A DNA stretch of 64,000 bases, taken from positions 133,022-197,021 of the forward strand of contig CAZBMD010000001.1 in assembly GCA_964493325.1 (NCBI GenBank). Reading direction: 5' to 3'. Source of the stretch: an uncultured Pseudomonadota bacterium. GTDB taxonomy: Bacteria > Babelota > Babeliae > Babelales > RVW-14. Position numbers and translations under genes: made by a program. Under the pieces are notes generated by a model. The model saw nothing but the letters and a program-made list of their open reading frames with translations. It was not told where the DNA came from and made no database searches. Positions 24,446-39,866 of the stretch are shown in pieces (position 1 is the stretch's first letter; every line of letters begins with the position of its first letter).

Positions 24446-25483
24446 ATGAAATTTTGGCCAGCCACTAAGCTCTTTAGTTTATTCTCAAATGATATGGCTA
24501 TCGATTTGGGAACTGCAAATACCGTTATTTATGTAAAAGACCGTGGGGTTGTTCTTAATCAGCCTTCTGTGGTTGCTGTAAAAAGCTCAACAAATGAGGT
24601 TCTTGCTGCAGGTGATGACGCAAAAAATATGCTTGGTAAAACACCTGAGAGTATTATAGCTTGTAGACCTATGCGAGACGGCGTTATTGCAAATTTTGAG
24701 CTAACCGAAAGTATGTTGCGCTACTTTATTCGTGAAGTCCATCACAATCGTCGCACGCTCGTTCGTCCTCGTATGATCATAGGAGTTCCATCGGGTATAA
24801 CTCAAGTTGAAAAACGAGCTGTTGAAGATTCTGCAAAACAGGCTGGTGCTCGAGAAATTTATACAATCATGGAGCCTATGGCAGCAGCTATTGGAGCAGG
24901 TCTTCCGGTTGCGGAGCCAACAGGAAATATGATTGTTGATATTGGTGGTGGAACAACAGAAGTTGCTATTATATCACTTAAAGATATTGTCTATTGTAAG
25001 TCAGCACGTGTTGGTGGTGACGAAATGGATCGTGCTATTGTGCAGTACGTTAAACGAAAGTACAATTTGCTGATTGGTGAACGAACGGCAGAAGTTATAA
25101 AAATGAACATTGGGACTGCTATGCTTATGGAGCAGGTTAACTATGTTGAGGTCAAGGGCCGTGATTTAGTCACAGGCGTTCCTAAGACTATTAAACTTTC
25201 AGACGCAGAGGTGTTTGAATCTCTTGCAGAACCAATTTCAATTATTATTGATGCAGTGCGTTCTGCTCTTGAAAATGCTCCCCCAGAGCTTTCATCTGAT
25301 TTAGTAGATCGCGGCATTATGCTTGCAGGTGGTGGGTCAGAATTAAAGCATTTGGATACTCTTATTTCTAAAGAAACAGGTCTTCCCGTAAAGAAAGCAG
25401 AAAATCCTCTTTTGTGCGTTGTTCTTGGGGCAGGAAGAGTTCTTGATGAGCTTGACTTGTATCGTGATGCTCTAATGAAATAA
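24446..25483 (+). CDS. mreB: Rod-shape determining protein MreB
   Basis: DLGTANT, IGVPSGITQVEKRAV and VDIGGGTTEVAIISL are the typical actin-like MreB motifs. Confidence 0.95.
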   Translation: MKFWPATKLFSLFSNDMAIDLGTANTVIYVKDRGVVLNQPSVVAVKSSTNEVLAAGDDAKNMLGKTPESIIACRPMRDGVIANFELTESMLRYFIREVHHNRRTLVRPRMIIGVPSGITQVEKRAVEDSAKQAGAREIYTIMEPMAAAIGAGLPVAEPTGNMIVDIGGGTTEVAIISLKDIVYCKSARVGGDEMDRAIVQYVKRKYNLLIGERTAEVIKMNIGTAMLMEQVNYVEVKGRDLVTGVPKTIKLSDAEVFESLAEPISIIIDAVRSALENAPPELSSDLVDRGIMLAGGGSELKHLDTLISKETGLPVKKAENPLLCVVLGAGRVLDELDLYRDALMK

Positions 25484-25508
25484 TTGTTTATCGATAAATA
25501 AAATTATG

Positions 25509-25546
25509 TAAGGGTTGTACTATACAAAGTGCAGCCCTTATTTCAT
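25509..25546. terminator. Bidirectional stem-loop between the convergent mreB and fis-like genes
   Basis: taagggttgtac (25509-25520) pairs with gtgcagccctta (25529-25540): 12 bp with two G-U pairs. It is T-rich on both flanks. Confidence 0.5.
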
Positions 25547-25782
25547 TTAGGAATAAGGTTGAGGTGCTGAATTCTTCTATAGAGCGTGCTGCGACTAATA
25601 CCAAGCATTTTTGCTGTTGCAAGATAATTATACTGATTTTCTTGAAGAACAAGCTCGATAATATGTCGCTCTACTTCTTCCATCACAAGCGAGTAAATAT
25701 TGCCGGGTTCTTTTGTTCCTGTGCCGGTAACCATTTTTTTTATTTCTCGGCGAATAAATTCACCTAAAGATAATGGTGTCAT
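25543..25782 (-). CDS. Fis-family HTH DNA-binding protein
   Basis: 79 aa with C-terminal YNYLATAKMLGISRSTLYRRI (HTH_8/Fis type). ATGA overlap with the upstream gene. Confidence 0.75.
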   Translation of the reverse strand: MTPLSLGEFIRREIKKMVTGTGTKEPGNIYSLVMEEVERHIIELVLQENQYNYLATAKMLGISRSTLYRRIQHLNLIPK

Positions 25783-26780
25783 ATGTTGTAACCTCGATTC
25801 TTGGGAGCGGTCGCTGCGAAGTGTGTTAGATAGAAAATTTCAAATGTGGATGATTGCATACCTCGTTTTATTGCATAATCAAGGTTATAAAGTTTCTGAA
25901 AAAGCGATGAAAGATGTTCTCTGCTATATTTCTGCCAATCTTTTTTTATAAAGGAATAGGGAAGTCTGAAACTTGCTTTTTTTGCATTGATGAAATCTTG
26001 TTTATTCATGAAAGCAATTACTAGTTGAGCTCTCCAGATTTGTTCAGCCCAAAAGCTAATCCAAAAAATAAAAGGGAATTCTTTTTCAACAGAACTCCAC
26101 ACTCTAAAAAATTGTTCGGGGTTATGAGCAAAAAAATATTCAGCAAGAAGCGAGAGAGAGGGAGATTTTCCCATGATTCCAAGAAGATAATTTTCGCCTT
26201 GGGCGATCATTTTGGCACTCAGAAGCTCTAGGTAATGCAAGAGCATGCAAGCGCTGTCTAGTGGGATTGTGGGGGATTCTTTAAAGATTTTTTGAGCCAG
26301 CTCTGCTCGTTTCCCTATAATTTTAATGCCAAAAAAGTCTTGTATTTGTTTAAATACTTCGCTGTTAACTGATTGATCAATCGTGATGGTATCAAAATTT
26401 TTAACAGAAGGGAGTTCTGTCTCATTTGAAATAAAGAAAGAAAGCGTATTTGGTCCGGAGTAGTGGACAAGGTATGACAGTAGTTGTTTATTTGCTTTGG
26501 ATACTTTTTCAGCTTCAATATTTCCGAGCCAATAAAAGGTTGTTGATCCAAGAAAAGACTGCTCTAGTGATGCAATAAGCGTTTGGAGGTCTCCAGATTG
26601 TTGATCAAGTTTTTGGCGCGGAGCTGGTAATATTTTTTTAGCTTCAAGATGATTAAAGAGTGTCTGAAAAAAAAGTGATGGAAATTCTTGACTAGAAAAA
26701 CAAAAGTTTTTTTTATTAGCCCAAAATTCTGAAGATTCTGCTTGTGAGAGGAATGCGCTGAAGTTCATAATGTTATGCAA
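25779..26780 (-). CDS. holA: Probable DNA polymerase III delta subunit
   Basis: 333 aa. It sits directly downstream of an LptE-like lipoprotein gene, matching the conserved lptE-holA synteny. C-terminal LYNLDYAIKRG resembles the HolA C-terminal helix. Sequence similarity is weak by eye. Confidence 0.45.
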   Translation of the reverse strand: MHNIMNFSAFLSQAESSEFWANKKNFCFSSQEFPSLFFQTLFNHLEAKKILPAPRQKLDQQSGDLQTLIASLEQSFLGSTTFYWLGNIEAEKVSKANKQLLSYLVHYSGPNTLSFFISNETELPSVKNFDTITIDQSVNSEVFKQIQDFFGIKIIGKRAELAQKIFKESPTIPLDSACMLLHYLELLSAKMIAQGENYLLGIMGKSPSLSLLAEYFFAHNPEQFFRVWSSVEKEFPFIFWISFWAEQIWRAQLVIAFMNKQDFINAKKASFRLPYSFIKKDWQKYSREHLSSLFQKLYNLDYAIKRGMQSSTFEIFYLTHFAATAPKNRGYNI

Positions 26781-27309
26781 ATCGGTCTAGCAAAATTTTT
26801 CTAAAAAAATGTTCAATAATTGGTGCTACTCGGGTGATCATTACTTTATATTCGTGATTAAGAAAATCACTCATGAGGATAGGGTTTCTGGACTTAGAAA
26901 TCAAGTAAGTATAGGAAAATATTTTTTTTGAAACCAACACATTATTAAAGTCAAAAAGTTCACATGCAAGCTCAAGTTTTATATGAGAATGAAAGAGAAG
27001 AATATCAGGTGAGACTAATTTAGTTGTTGGATCGAGTGATTTTATGGTAACTCGTAAAATATAACCATCTTCTGGGCGATTAACAAGGCGGTATCCTATG
27101 CGCCTAAAATGATGGCACAATGTTTCATAGATGATGGGTCCAACGTTTTCAAAGACGTTTTTATTTCGTGGCAGCTCTATGAGTAGGGGGATTTGTGCAT
27201 TTTTAATATTACAGTGAGACTCAAATTTATTTTGATAGATACATGATGGTGTCATTGTAATAAAGCATGCTAAAATTAGGCCTTTTAATAGAATCATATT
27301 CATGATCAA
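26773..27309 (-). CDS. lptE: Probable LPS-assembly lipoprotein LptE
   Basis: 178 aa with a signal peptide ending ...FITMTPSC (lipobox-like Cys). Size and position upstream of holA fit. Similarity itself is weak. Confidence 0.4.
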   Translation of the reverse strand: MIMNMILLKGLILACFITMTPSCIYQNKFESHCNIKNAQIPLLIELPRNKNVFENVGPIIYETLCHHFRRIGYRLVNRPEDGYILRVTIKSLDPTTKLVSPDILLFHSHIKLELACELFDFNNVLVSKKIFSYTYLISKSRNPILMSDFLNHEYKVMITRVAPIIEHFFRKILLDRFA

Positions 27310-28166
27310 GGGGTGTTTGGCATGCGATTTGCAAGACTGAAAAAAGCCTTTTTAGGCTCTTGTTTTTCAGTTATTCGAATATGTTCTTGTGAATGGGTTT
27401 TTTGCTTTGGTTCCGACTGATTGGTTATTTGTATTGGAAGATTCGTAGAAACTAATTTTTCACACTGTTCAAAAATGTGAGTAATTCCCTCAAGCGTCAT
27501 TGATCGTAGCGTATCAAAGTCTTTCCAGTTGATAGGATTTTTTTCTGCTGTTCCCTGAATTTCGATTAAATTTCCATCTTTTGAAACAACAAAATTAAAA
27601 TCAGCTTCAGCTATGCTATCTTCTTGATATGATAAATCCACATATGGTTTGCCGTTAACAATTCCTGCTGATAGCGCAGCTATTTTGGTGTGAAAAATAT
27701 TGCGAGCTATTATCTTACGGTCAAACCAGCGTTGAGCTGCAAGCTCAAGAGCTAGGCTTGCTGCGGTGATTGCTGCAACGCGTGTTCCGCCATCTGCTTG
27801 AAGAACATCGCAATCTATAACAATAGTCCGTTCTCCAAGAGCACTCAAGTCAATTGATGGACGTAAACAGCGACCAATGAGTCGAGATATTTCAACACTG
27901 CGCGCATTGCGCTGCGCTTGATTTGACTCTCGATTTGTTCGTTGATGTGTTGCTGATGGGAGCATTGCATATTCAGCTGATAACCAGCCAACACGTTGCC
28001 CTTTTAAAAAGTGAGGTACGCCCGGTTGCAGTGTTACAGATGTTTGAATCTTAGTATTGCCGATCTCAAAAAAAATTGAGGCATCGGCATAGCCCAGAAA
28101 ATCAAAGGTTAATTTGATTGGGCGCACTTCGTGTGAAAGGCGCCCATCATGACGATTTAAGTCCAT
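27306..28166 (-). CDS. rph: Ribonuclease PH with ~45-aa C-terminal extension
   Basis: RHDGRLSHEVRPIKL..., YAMLPSATHQRTNRE and CDVLQADGGTRVAAITAASLAL. Confidence 0.9.
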   Translation of the reverse strand: MDLNRHDGRLSHEVRPIKLTFDFLGYADASIFFEIGNTKIQTSVTLQPGVPHFLKGQRVGWLSAEYAMLPSATHQRTNRESNQAQRNARSVEISRLIGRCLRPSIDLSALGERTIVIDCDVLQADGGTRVAAITAASLALELAAQRWFDRKIIARNIFHTKIAALSAGIVNGKPYVDLSYQEDSIAEADFNFVVSKDGNLIEIQGTAEKNPINWKDFDTLRSMTLEGITHIFEQCEKLVSTNLPIQITNQSEPKQKTHSQEHIRITEKQEPKKAFFSLANRMPNTP

Positions 28167-28175
28167 ATTTTAAGT

Positions 28176-30269
28176 CTACTGTTCAAGCTCAGGAGCGACA
28201 AGTCTTACGCGTCCCGTGTCACGATCGTACGCAACAACTTTGACTGTAAGTTTATCGTTCAGTCTGTAGTCTTTTTCTATAGTTCTTTGTTTATTCTTTG
28301 AGATGGTTGAGATGTGCACAAGGCCATCTTTTCCAGCAACGAGCTCAACAAAGATACCAAATTCTGTGAACCGTCTAATTGTGCCAACATATACAGCACC
28401 GACTTCGACTTCTCCGATAAGCGTCTTAATCCAGTTCTCAGCTTCGGCTGCTGAAGCTCCATCTTTGGAATAAATCTTGACAGTTCCATCATCTTCGATA
28501 TCAATTTGAGTGCCTGTTTTTGCAACAATCTCTTTGATGTTTTTACCTGATGGTCCGATAATGGCACCAATTTTATCTTGAGGAACTTTGAATGCAAAGA
28601 CACGAGGAGCTAAGCTCGAAAGTTCGCTACGTGGAGCTTGCATTGTTTTTTTCATTTCATTCAAGATATGCAGTCTACCAATACGTGCTTGTTCAAGTGC
28701 TTTGGTGAGCAATTCTTTAGATAGCCCAACTTTATCTTTGATATCTAGTTGGAAAGCCATAATGCCAGCTTCTGTTCCGGTAACTTTAAAGTCCATCAGA
28801 CCAAGGCCATCTTCCATGCCGAGTATGTCAGTTAGTATGTGGGCGTTTCCAGCTGAGTCGCGGACCATTCCCATTGCAACACCGCTGACCATTGCTGAAA
28901 TAGGTACTCCGGCATCCATGAGACCAAGTGTTGTTGAGCATACTGTAGCCATTGAGGATGAGCCATTTGACTCAAGGACATCGACAACAGATCTAATGGT
29001 ATAAGGAAATTTTTCCTGTGAAGGGAGAACATTTTTAAATGATGTTTCAGCAAGGAAGCCATGGCCAATTTCACGTCTTCCGGTTCCACGCATTGGCTTA
29101 ACTTCGCCGGTAGCAAATGGAGGAAAGTTGTAGTGAAGCATGAATGATCGTTCTTGCACGCCACCAATAAGAGAATCAACTTTCTGAGCATCTTGCCCTG
29201 TTCCAAGAGTAATGCTTGCAAGTGCTTGTGTTTCGCCTCGTTGAAACCATGATGATCCGTGAACGCATGGCAATGTTCTTACTTCCGAAAGAATTTCGCG
29301 TACTTCATCAAATCGTCTGCCGTCAACCCGGACATTCTTTTTGGTCATCAAACTTGGAATAACTTCTTTTAATCGAGAATCCAGTAAGAATAAAAGAACG
29401 GAACTTTGAACAGATCCTGCTTTAATTTCTTCTGCAAAATTTTCTAAAAGTTTGTTTCTCAGGTTATCCATGGCAACGCCACGGTCTTCTTTTGAAGGAG
29501 CAAACACAGTTTCGATTGATGCTTCTGTAGCGAAATCATTTACTTTTTTGGTCCAAAGATCCCAATCTATAGTTGATTGAGCTTCAATTTTTTGAACGTT
29601 AAGTTCCGCTTGGATTTCAAGTTGCCAGTTGATTTGCTGCTTAATAAGTTCGTGAGCTTCGAATAAAAGATCAATCAACTCATTTTCTTTAATATTATTG
29701 CAATGGCCTTCAACCATACAGATGCCGTTTTTTGTTCCGGCAATCACGATAGAGCTGTCTGCAGTTGTTGATTGTTCTTCATAACTAAGATGGAATTTCC
29801 ACTTACCGTCAATTTTTGCTGCTTGAACAGCTCCAACAGGGCCCATAAATGGAATGTTGGAAATAGTAAGAGCTAGCGATGATCCGATAATAGCAAGAAT
29901 ACTTGTTGGGAATTTTCCATCAGATGAATACACGGTTGATAGAAGTTGTAATTCATCAAAATAATTATGAGGAAATAAAGGTCTAATTGGGCGATCGATG
30001 AGACGAGATATAAGCACTTCTGAATCAGAAAGCTTACCTTCCCGTTTCATATAGCCGCCTGGAATTTTACCAGCAGCGGAAGTGCGCTCTCGGTATTCAA
30101 CGGTAAGAGGCAAGAAGCCACCAAAATCTTTGGTGTTTTTTGCGGATACAGCTGTGGACAGAACAATATTGTTTCCGCACCTAATCCATGCGGAGCCGTG
30201 AGCCTGGCGAGCAAACTTGCCTATTTCTACTTCTAGATTGAATTGGGGTAAACTGAACTTTTTGGACAT
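28176..30269 (-). CDS. pnp: Polyribonucleotide nucleotidyltransferase (PNPase)
   Basis: Two RNase PH-like domains followed by KH and S1 (VGAVYVGTIRRFTEFGIFVEL). ATG 30269 with an AGGAAG RBS. The ORF extends to 30326. Confidence 0.95.
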   Translation of the reverse strand: MSKKFSLPQFNLEVEIGKFARQAHGSAWIRCGNNIVLSTAVSAKNTKDFGGFLPLTVEYRERTSAAGKIPGGYMKREGKLSDSEVLISRLIDRPIRPLFPHNYFDELQLLSTVYSSDGKFPTSILAIIGSSLALTISNIPFMGPVGAVQAAKIDGKWKFHLSYEEQSTTADSSIVIAGTKNGICMVEGHCNNIKENELIDLLFEAHELIKQQINWQLEIQAELNVQKIEAQSTIDWDLWTKKVNDFATEASIETVFAPSKEDRGVAMDNLRNKLLENFAEEIKAGSVQSSVLLFLLDSRLKEVIPSLMTKKNVRVDGRRFDEVREILSEVRTLPCVHGSSWFQRGETQALASITLGTGQDAQKVDSLIGGVQERSFMLHYNFPPFATGEVKPMRGTGRREIGHGFLAETSFKNVLPSQEKFPYTIRSVVDVLESNGSSSMATVCSTTLGLMDAGVPISAMVSGVAMGMVRDSAGNAHILTDILGMEDGLGLMDFKVTGTEAGIMAFQLDIKDKVGLSKELLTKALEQARIGRLHILNEMKKTMQAPRSELSSLAPRVFAFKVPQDKIGAIIGPSGKNIKEIVAKTGTQIDIEDDGTVKIYSKDGASAAEAENWIKTLIGEVEVGAVYVGTIRRFTEFGIFVELVAGKDGLVHISTISKNKQRTIEKDYRLNDKLTVKVVAYDRDTGRVRLVAPELEQ

Positions 30270-30339
30270 GACTTCCTCATGAGTAATAGAGTATAATAAC
30301 AAGTTTGCGCTACTATCAACGGCCAATAAGCCCTGATAG

Positions 30340-30612
30340 TTATATCACACCCTGCTCTTTGAGTGAATTCAACAATTGATTATGGCTTGCTAAATTTGTT
30401 CGCTTGAGGTATCTCAGCGCTGTACGTCTTCTTCCTACAAGCAAAAGCAAGCCGCGCTGTGAGTGGAAATCTTTAGGAAATTTCTTTAGGTGCTCCGAAA
30501 TTTGGCGAATTCTTGTTGACCAAAGAGCCACTTGAGCCTCTGTTGAACCAGGATTATTGCCAGACGGGGAGAACGTTTTAATTACGTTTTCTTTTATTTC
30601 TTTAGTTAACAT
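30340..30612 (-). CDS. rpsO: 30S ribosomal protein S15
   Basis: 90 aa with GSTEAQVALWSTRIRQISEHLKKFPKDFHSQRGLLLLVGRRR. rpsO-pnp synteny. Confidence 0.95.
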   Translation of the reverse strand: MLTKEIKENVIKTFSPSGNNPGSTEAQVALWSTRIRQISEHLKKFPKDFHSQRGLLLLVGRRRTALRYLKRTNLASHNQLLNSLKEQGVI

Positions 30613-30678
30613 GTATAAAACTCCGTATACCGTTAGATTGACTGTTTTTATTATATTTTAATTCTAATCTTTAATATA

Positions 30679-30754
30679 TGGTAGGCGCGAGCGGACTCGA
30701 ACCGCTGACCCCTGCTACGTCAAAGCAGTGCTCTACCAACTGAGCTACGCGCCT
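30679..30754 (-). tRNA. tRNA-Val (anticodon GAC)
   Basis: Manual cloverleaf: acceptor AGGCGCG/CGCGCCT, D arm GCTC-AGTTGGTA-GAGC, anticodon loop TTGACGT, T arm AGCGG-TTCGAGT-CCGCT, CCA encoded. Confidence 0.9.
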
Positions 30755-30770
30755 TAATTAAAGACCTCTT

Positions 30771-33700
30771 TTATCTATCCAAAGACACGTTATCAAGGCC
30801 AATTTCCAAGCGTTCTTCGTCTCGAGCTCTTTTCTCTAGTTCAGATATATCTTCACCTAGATGTTTTAGCCTAAACGATGGAACTCCTGTTCCGGCTGGA
30901 ATTAGTTTACCAATTTGCACGTTTTCTTTCAACCCGTACAGATAATCTACTTGGCCAACTAGCGATGCTTCAGTTAACACACGTGTCGTTTCTTGGAACG
31001 ATGCTGCTGAAAAGAAGCTTTCAGTGCCCAAGGATGCCTTGGTAATACCCATTAAAATAGGCTTGGACGTTGCTGGTTTCTTACCTTCTCGAACAAGCAG
31101 TTTATTGATGGTTTGCAAATGAATTTTATCAATGCGATCTCCAACAACAAATCTTGTGTCGCCAGGTTCGGTAATTCTTACCTTGCGTAACATTTGTTTT
31201 ACAATCACTTCGATGTGTTTGTCGCTAATGTCAACGCCTTGTAAGCTGTAGATTTCTTGTATTTCTTTGACTAAGTATTTTTGTACTTCGTCTGGTCCAA
31301 GAATTCTCAAAATATCATGAATATTAGGGACCCCAGAGGTCAAAGCGTCTCCAGCTTTGACAAGTTCGCCATCTTCGACGTTAAGGTGTCTGCTACGTGG
31401 TACGTTGTATTCAAATACTTCGCCATCTTCGGTTGTAACCGTGATACGACGTTGTCCTCTATGTAATCCACCAAAATGAACGGTACCATCAACTTCACTA
31501 GTAACAGCGGTATCTTTTGGAATTCGAGCTTCAAACAATTCTGCAACGCGAGGAAGACCACCGGTGATATCTTTGGTTCGTTTTTCTTCGCGAGGAAGTT
31601 TTGCCAAAGGATCACCCTGTAAAATCTGACTTCCATCTTCTACAATAATAATTGCTCCTGTTGGAAGATAATATCGGCCTTCTTCTCCGCCATCTTTATC
31701 AATAACGGCGATATAAGGTTGACGCTTATCATCACGGCGCTCAAGAATTACTTTACTTGATTGTCCAACAGCTTCGTTATATTGCTCTTGATAGGTTATA
31801 TTTTCAATAAGATCAACAAATTGAATAGTCCCTGTTTTATCAGAGATAATCACTTTGAAAGAATCCCACTCAACAACCTTGGTTCCTTCTTTTACCATGC
31901 TGTTGTCATCTACTAAAATAGATGCACCATATTCAAGTCTGCATTCTTCAAGTTCTCGACCGTCTTCAGATACGATGACAATTTTTGATTTTCGGTTCAT
32001 GACCGTCATGACTCCATGACGATTTTTGACAGCTTGAACTCCGCGGAAGCTTACTTTTCCTGCGCAGCGTACTTTGTAGAAGTTTTGCTCTACAAGACCA
32101 CTTGCGGTACCTCCAACGTGGAAGGTTCTCATGGTTAACTGTGTTCCCGGTTCACCAATCGACTGAGCAGCTATAACACCAACTGCGGTTCCAATATCAA
32201 CAGGAGCAAGTGTGGAGAGATCCATGCCATAACATTTTGCACAGACGCCACGTTTTGCCTGGCATGTTAATACTGAGCGAACAGCAATTTGCGCTACTGC
32301 AGAGTCTTTGATTCTATCAACAAGGGCATGCGTTATTAAATCGCCTTGATTTGCTATAAGTTTGCCAGTAAGGGGATCAACAATATCTTCTGCCGCAACT
32401 CGACCAAATACACGATCTTCAAGTGGTGTAATAATTTCGCCGGATTCTCGAAGATCAGTAATCGAAATAAAGCCAAGAGTACGACAGTCTTCTAGGGTGA
32501 CCATAACGTCTTGAGCAACATCAACAAGTCGCCTTGTTAAGTATCCTGAGTCAGCTGTTTTAAGAGCTGTATCAGCAAGACCCTTACGAGCTCCGCTTGT
32601 TGAAACAAAGTATTCAAAAACATTCAGTCCTTCTTTAAAGTTTGCAAGAACTGGTGTTTCCATAATTTCGCCAGAAGGTTTTGCCATCAAGCCTCGCATA
32701 CCAGCAAGCTGTCTAATTTGTTGGCGAGATCCTCTAGCTCCTGAATCAAGCATCATAAATACAGGATTGAACGGAGTATTGAATTTATCGCCATTTGAAG
32801 ATGCTGAACGATCTTGATCTTCAAGAACTCCAATCATGTCATTAGCTACTTCTTCAGTGGCGCGCGCCCAAATTTGAATAACTTTGCTGTAGCGTTCTCC
32901 GTTAGTAATGGCACCTTCCATGTAAAGCTTTTCTGCTTTTACCACTTCTTTTTTGCCACGAGTAACAATTCCTTCTTTTGTCGCTGGAATAACTAAGTTA
33001 TCCATTGACAGAGAAATTCCGCCATAAGTTGCATAACCAAAGCCAAGACGTTTGATGTTATCAAGTGCAACTACTGTTGCATCTGCGCCAAAAGCGCGAT
33101 GCAAACGAGCAATAAGTTTTACAAGATCTTTTTTCTTTACAGCTTTGTTTACCCATTCAAATTCTGATCCAGCAGGAAGTGATTCATAAAGAATGACGCG
33201 TCCTACAGTGGTTTCTGTGAGCTGTGAATTGGAGAGTCTAACTTTAATGTGAGCTTGGATGTTAACTTTCTCATGCTGATAAGCGTAAATAACTTCAGCA
33301 CTATTAGAGAAAATAAGACCTTCGCCCATGACGTTTTTGCGGCCTTTGGTCATATAATAAAGGCCAAGAACCATATCCTGAGAAGGAACGGAGATAGGTC
33401 GTCCGCTTTGTGGCGTCAAAATATTACGAGTCGAAAGCATCAATTTAATTGCTTCTGCTCGAGATCTTTTGCTCAATAAAACGTGAACAGCCATTTGGTC
33501 ACCGTCAAAGTCTGCGTTAAATGCGGAACAGACCAGAGGGTGAATTTTTATAGCTTTTCCTTCTACAAGAATAGGAAAAAACGCTTGAATACTTAAGCGG
33601 TGAAGTGTTGGCGCACGGTTAAGAAGAACTGGTCTATCTTTTACGACAGATTCCAACGCTTCCCAAACTTCGGACGTCATGTCTTCTACCATCCGTTTTG

Positions 33701-34886
33701 CAACTCTTAAGTTTGGTGCAAGTTCTCGACTTTGTAGCTCAACGTAAACGTATGGCTTAAACAACTCGAGAGCCATAATTTTTGGCAGCCCGCATTGATA
33801 TAATTTAAGTTCTGGATCGACTACAATTACAGATCGTCCTGAATAATCCACTCGTTTACCAAGCAAATTCTGGCGGAATCGACCTTGTTTACCACGAAGC
33901 ATTTCGCTCAATGATTTTAATGGACGTCTGTTAGAACCACGAACGGGCTGTCCTCGTCGACCATTATCGATAAGAGCATCAACAGCTTCTTGAAGCATGC
34001 GTTTTTCATTTTTAATCATAACGTCTGGCGATTCAAGTTCAATCAGACGACGAAGACGAATGTTTCGGTTTAAGACTCGACGATATAAGTCATTAAGGTC
34101 GGAGCTTGCAAAGCGGCCACCTTCTAAAGGAACAAGAGGGCGAAGATCAGGTGGAATAACAGGAAGAACCTCAATAATAATCCACTCTGGTCGAATATTT
34201 GCTTGCAATAAACCTGAAATAACTTTAAATCGTTTTGCTAATCGGTGCTTGATTGCAACCGAAGTTGTTTGTGCATAGTCTTCTTCAACTTTTCGAACTT
34301 CAAAAGCAAGATCGATTGTCGATAGAAGAAGTTTTATAGCTTCAGCGCCCATCCCTGCTTTGAACGTGATATCTTCGTCATTTGAACGAATATAATCATC
34401 ATACTCTTGGCTATTAATGAGGGTTTTTTGTTGATATGGCGAGTTTCCTTGATTGATAACAATATAACTATCAAAGTAAATTACTCGTTCCAAATCACGA
34501 ACTGTCATTCCTAAAATTAAACTTAGATAACTAGGAATCCCTTTAAGGTACCAAATATGACAAACGGGGGAAACCAAGTTAATGTGTCCCATACGTTCTC
34601 TTCGAACGCGGGACTGAATAACTTCAACGCCACATTTTTCACACGTTACACCGCGATGTTTCATGCGTTTATATTTACCGCAATTACATTCCCAGTCTTT
34701 TACAGGACCAAAAATACGAGCGCAAAATAGGCCGTCTCTTTCAGGCTTGAGTGTTCGATAATTAATCGTCTCAATTTTCTTCACTTCTCCGTATGATAGA
34801 GAGCGAATTTTATCAGGAGAAGCAACGCTAATTTTAATCGCATTGAATTGTGTTGTATTAATATACTCGCGAAATCGCTCAAGCAT
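30771..34886 (-). CDS. rpoC: DNA-directed RNA polymerase subunit beta'
   Basis: Zn motif [23 protein letters not shown] and catalytic [12 protein letters not shown] 34886 lies 4 nt after the rpoB stop. The ORF extends to 34931. Confidence 0.97.
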   Translation of the reverse strand: MLERFREYINTTQFNAIKISVASPDKIRSLSYGEVKKIETINYRTLKPERDGLFCARIFGPVKDWECNCGKYKRMKHRGVTCEKCGVEVIQSRVRRERMGHINLVSPVCHIWYLKGIPSYLSLILGMTVRDLERVIYFDSYIVINQGNSPYQQKTLINSQEYDDYIRSNDEDITFKAGMGAEAIKLLLSTIDLAFEVRKVEEDYAQTTSVAIKHRLAKRFKVISGLLQANIRPEWIIIEVLPVIPPDLRPLVPLEGGRFASSDLNDLYRRVLNRNIRLRRLIELESPDVMIKNEKRMLQEAVDALIDNGRRGQPVRGSNRRPLKSLSEMLRGKQGRFRQNLLGKRVDYSGRSVIVVDPELKLYQCGLPKIMALELFKPYVYVELQSRELAPNLRVAKRMVEDMTSEVWEALESVVKDRPVLLNRAPTLHRLSIQAFFPILVEGKAIKIHPLVCSAFNADFDGDQMAVHVLLSKRSRAEAIKLMLSTRNILTPQSGRPISVPSQDMVLGLYYMTKGRKNVMGEGLIFSNSAEVIYAYQHEKVNIQAHIKVRLSNSQLTETTVGRVILYESLPAGSEFEWVNKAVKKKDLVKLIARLHRAFGADATVVALDNIKRLGFGYATYGGISLSMDNLVIPATKEGIVTRGKKEVVKAEKLYMEGAITNGERYSKVIQIWARATEEVANDMIGVLEDQDRSASSNGDKFNTPFNPVFMMLDSGARGSRQQIRQLAGMRGLMAKPSGEIMETPVLANFKEGLNVFEYFVSTSGARKGLADTALKTADSGYLTRRLVDVAQDVMVTLEDCRTLGFISITDLRESGEIITPLEDRVFGRVAAEDIVDPLTGKLIANQGDLITHALVDRIKDSAVAQIAVRSVLTCQAKRGVCAKCYGMDLSTLAPVDIGTAVGVIAAQSIGEPGTQLTMRTFHVGGTASGLVEQNFYKVRCAGKVSFRGVQAVKNRHGVMTVMNRKSKIVIVSEDGRELEECRLEYGASILVDDNSMVKEGTKVVEWDSFKVIISDKTGTIQFVDLIENITYQEQYNEAVGQSSKVILERRDDKRQPYIAVIDKDGGEEGRYYLPTGAIIIVEDGSQILQGDPLAKLPREEKRTKDITGGLPRVAELFEARIPKDTAVTSEVDGTVHFGGLHRGQRRITVTTEDGEVFEYNVPRSRHLNVEDGELVKAGDALTSGVPNIHDILRILGPDEVQKYLVKEIQEIYSLQGVDISDKHIEVIVKQMLRKVRITEPGDTRFVVGDRIDKIHLQTINKLLVREGKKPATSKPILMGITKASLGTESFFSAASFQETTRVLTEASLVGQVDYLYGLKENVQIGKLIPAGTGVPSFRLKHLGEDISELEKRARDEERLEIGLDNVSLDR

Positions 34887-34890
34887 TCTA

Positions 34891-39222
<4,332 letters not shown>

Positions 39223-39292
39223 TCACCCGCTCCTAACCGTAAACGCACCTAATACTAAATTGCACACCGCATATGTCTTTTTGAAAACAAAG

Positions 39293-39337
39293 GGGACCCG
39301 TCTTGAATCTTTTAATTATTAATTCAAGACGGCTCCC
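39293..39337 (-). terminator. rplL-rpoB intergenic stem-loop (attenuator/terminator)
   Basis: 16-bp stem with one mismatch (39293-39308 / 39322-39337) and a 13-nt loop. On the minus strand CTTTGTTTTC follows. The position matches the known E. coli rplL-rpoB attenuator. Confidence 0.6.
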
Positions 39338-39366
39338 AATATTTCATGAACTAAATCGCAAAAGAA

Positions 39367-39738
39367 TTAGCTTAATTCTACTTTTGCGCCAGCTTCTTCA
39401 AGTGTTTTTTTGATTTTGTTAGCTTCGTCTTTAGGCGCTGCTTCAGAAACAACAAATGGAGTGTTTTCAACTGCATTCTTTGCATCACCAAGTGATAGAG
39501 ATGATACTGTTCTGATAGCTTTGATTACCTTGATTTTGTCTGAACCAGACTCTTTCAATGTTACCTTGAATTCATTTTTTTCTTCTGCTACAGCGGCAGG
39601 AGCAGCACCAGCAGCTACAGGGGCGGCTGATACAGGAGCTGCTGCAGAGACACCAAATTTTTCTTCAAGCGCTTTAACGAGCTCTGCAAGCTCCATTACA
39701 GACATTTTGCTTATTTCATCAACGAACTTTGATGACAT
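39367..39738 (-). CDS. rplL: 50S ribosomal protein L7/L12
   Basis: Ala/Pro hinge [18 protein letters not shown] and C-terminal domain KIKVIKAIR...LGDAK. Confidence 0.96.
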   Translation of the reverse strand: MSSKFVDEISKMSVMELAELVKALEEKFGVSAAAPVSAAPVAAGAAPAAVAEEKNEFKVTLKESGSDKIKVIKAIRTVSSLSLGDAKNAVENTPFVVSEAAPKDEANKIKKTLEEAGAKVELS

Positions 39739-39866
39739 GTGAGACTCCCTTAGACAAAAAAGTGAACGAACAATTTTTCAATTACAACAATAAATTATGC
39801 GGCAATAATCAAGTACTAATCCTTGACTTTACAAACATGTCTTTTGCATCGTACCATATAAACGAT

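Noticed and set aside
39410-39742. 110-aa plus-strand ORF opposite rplL, and similar antisense ORFs inside rpoB, rpoC, pnp, gspD, gyrB and others
   Set aside because: These are all embedded antisense or out of frame in strongly supported conserved genes. Their low-complexity translations are typical shadow ORFs.
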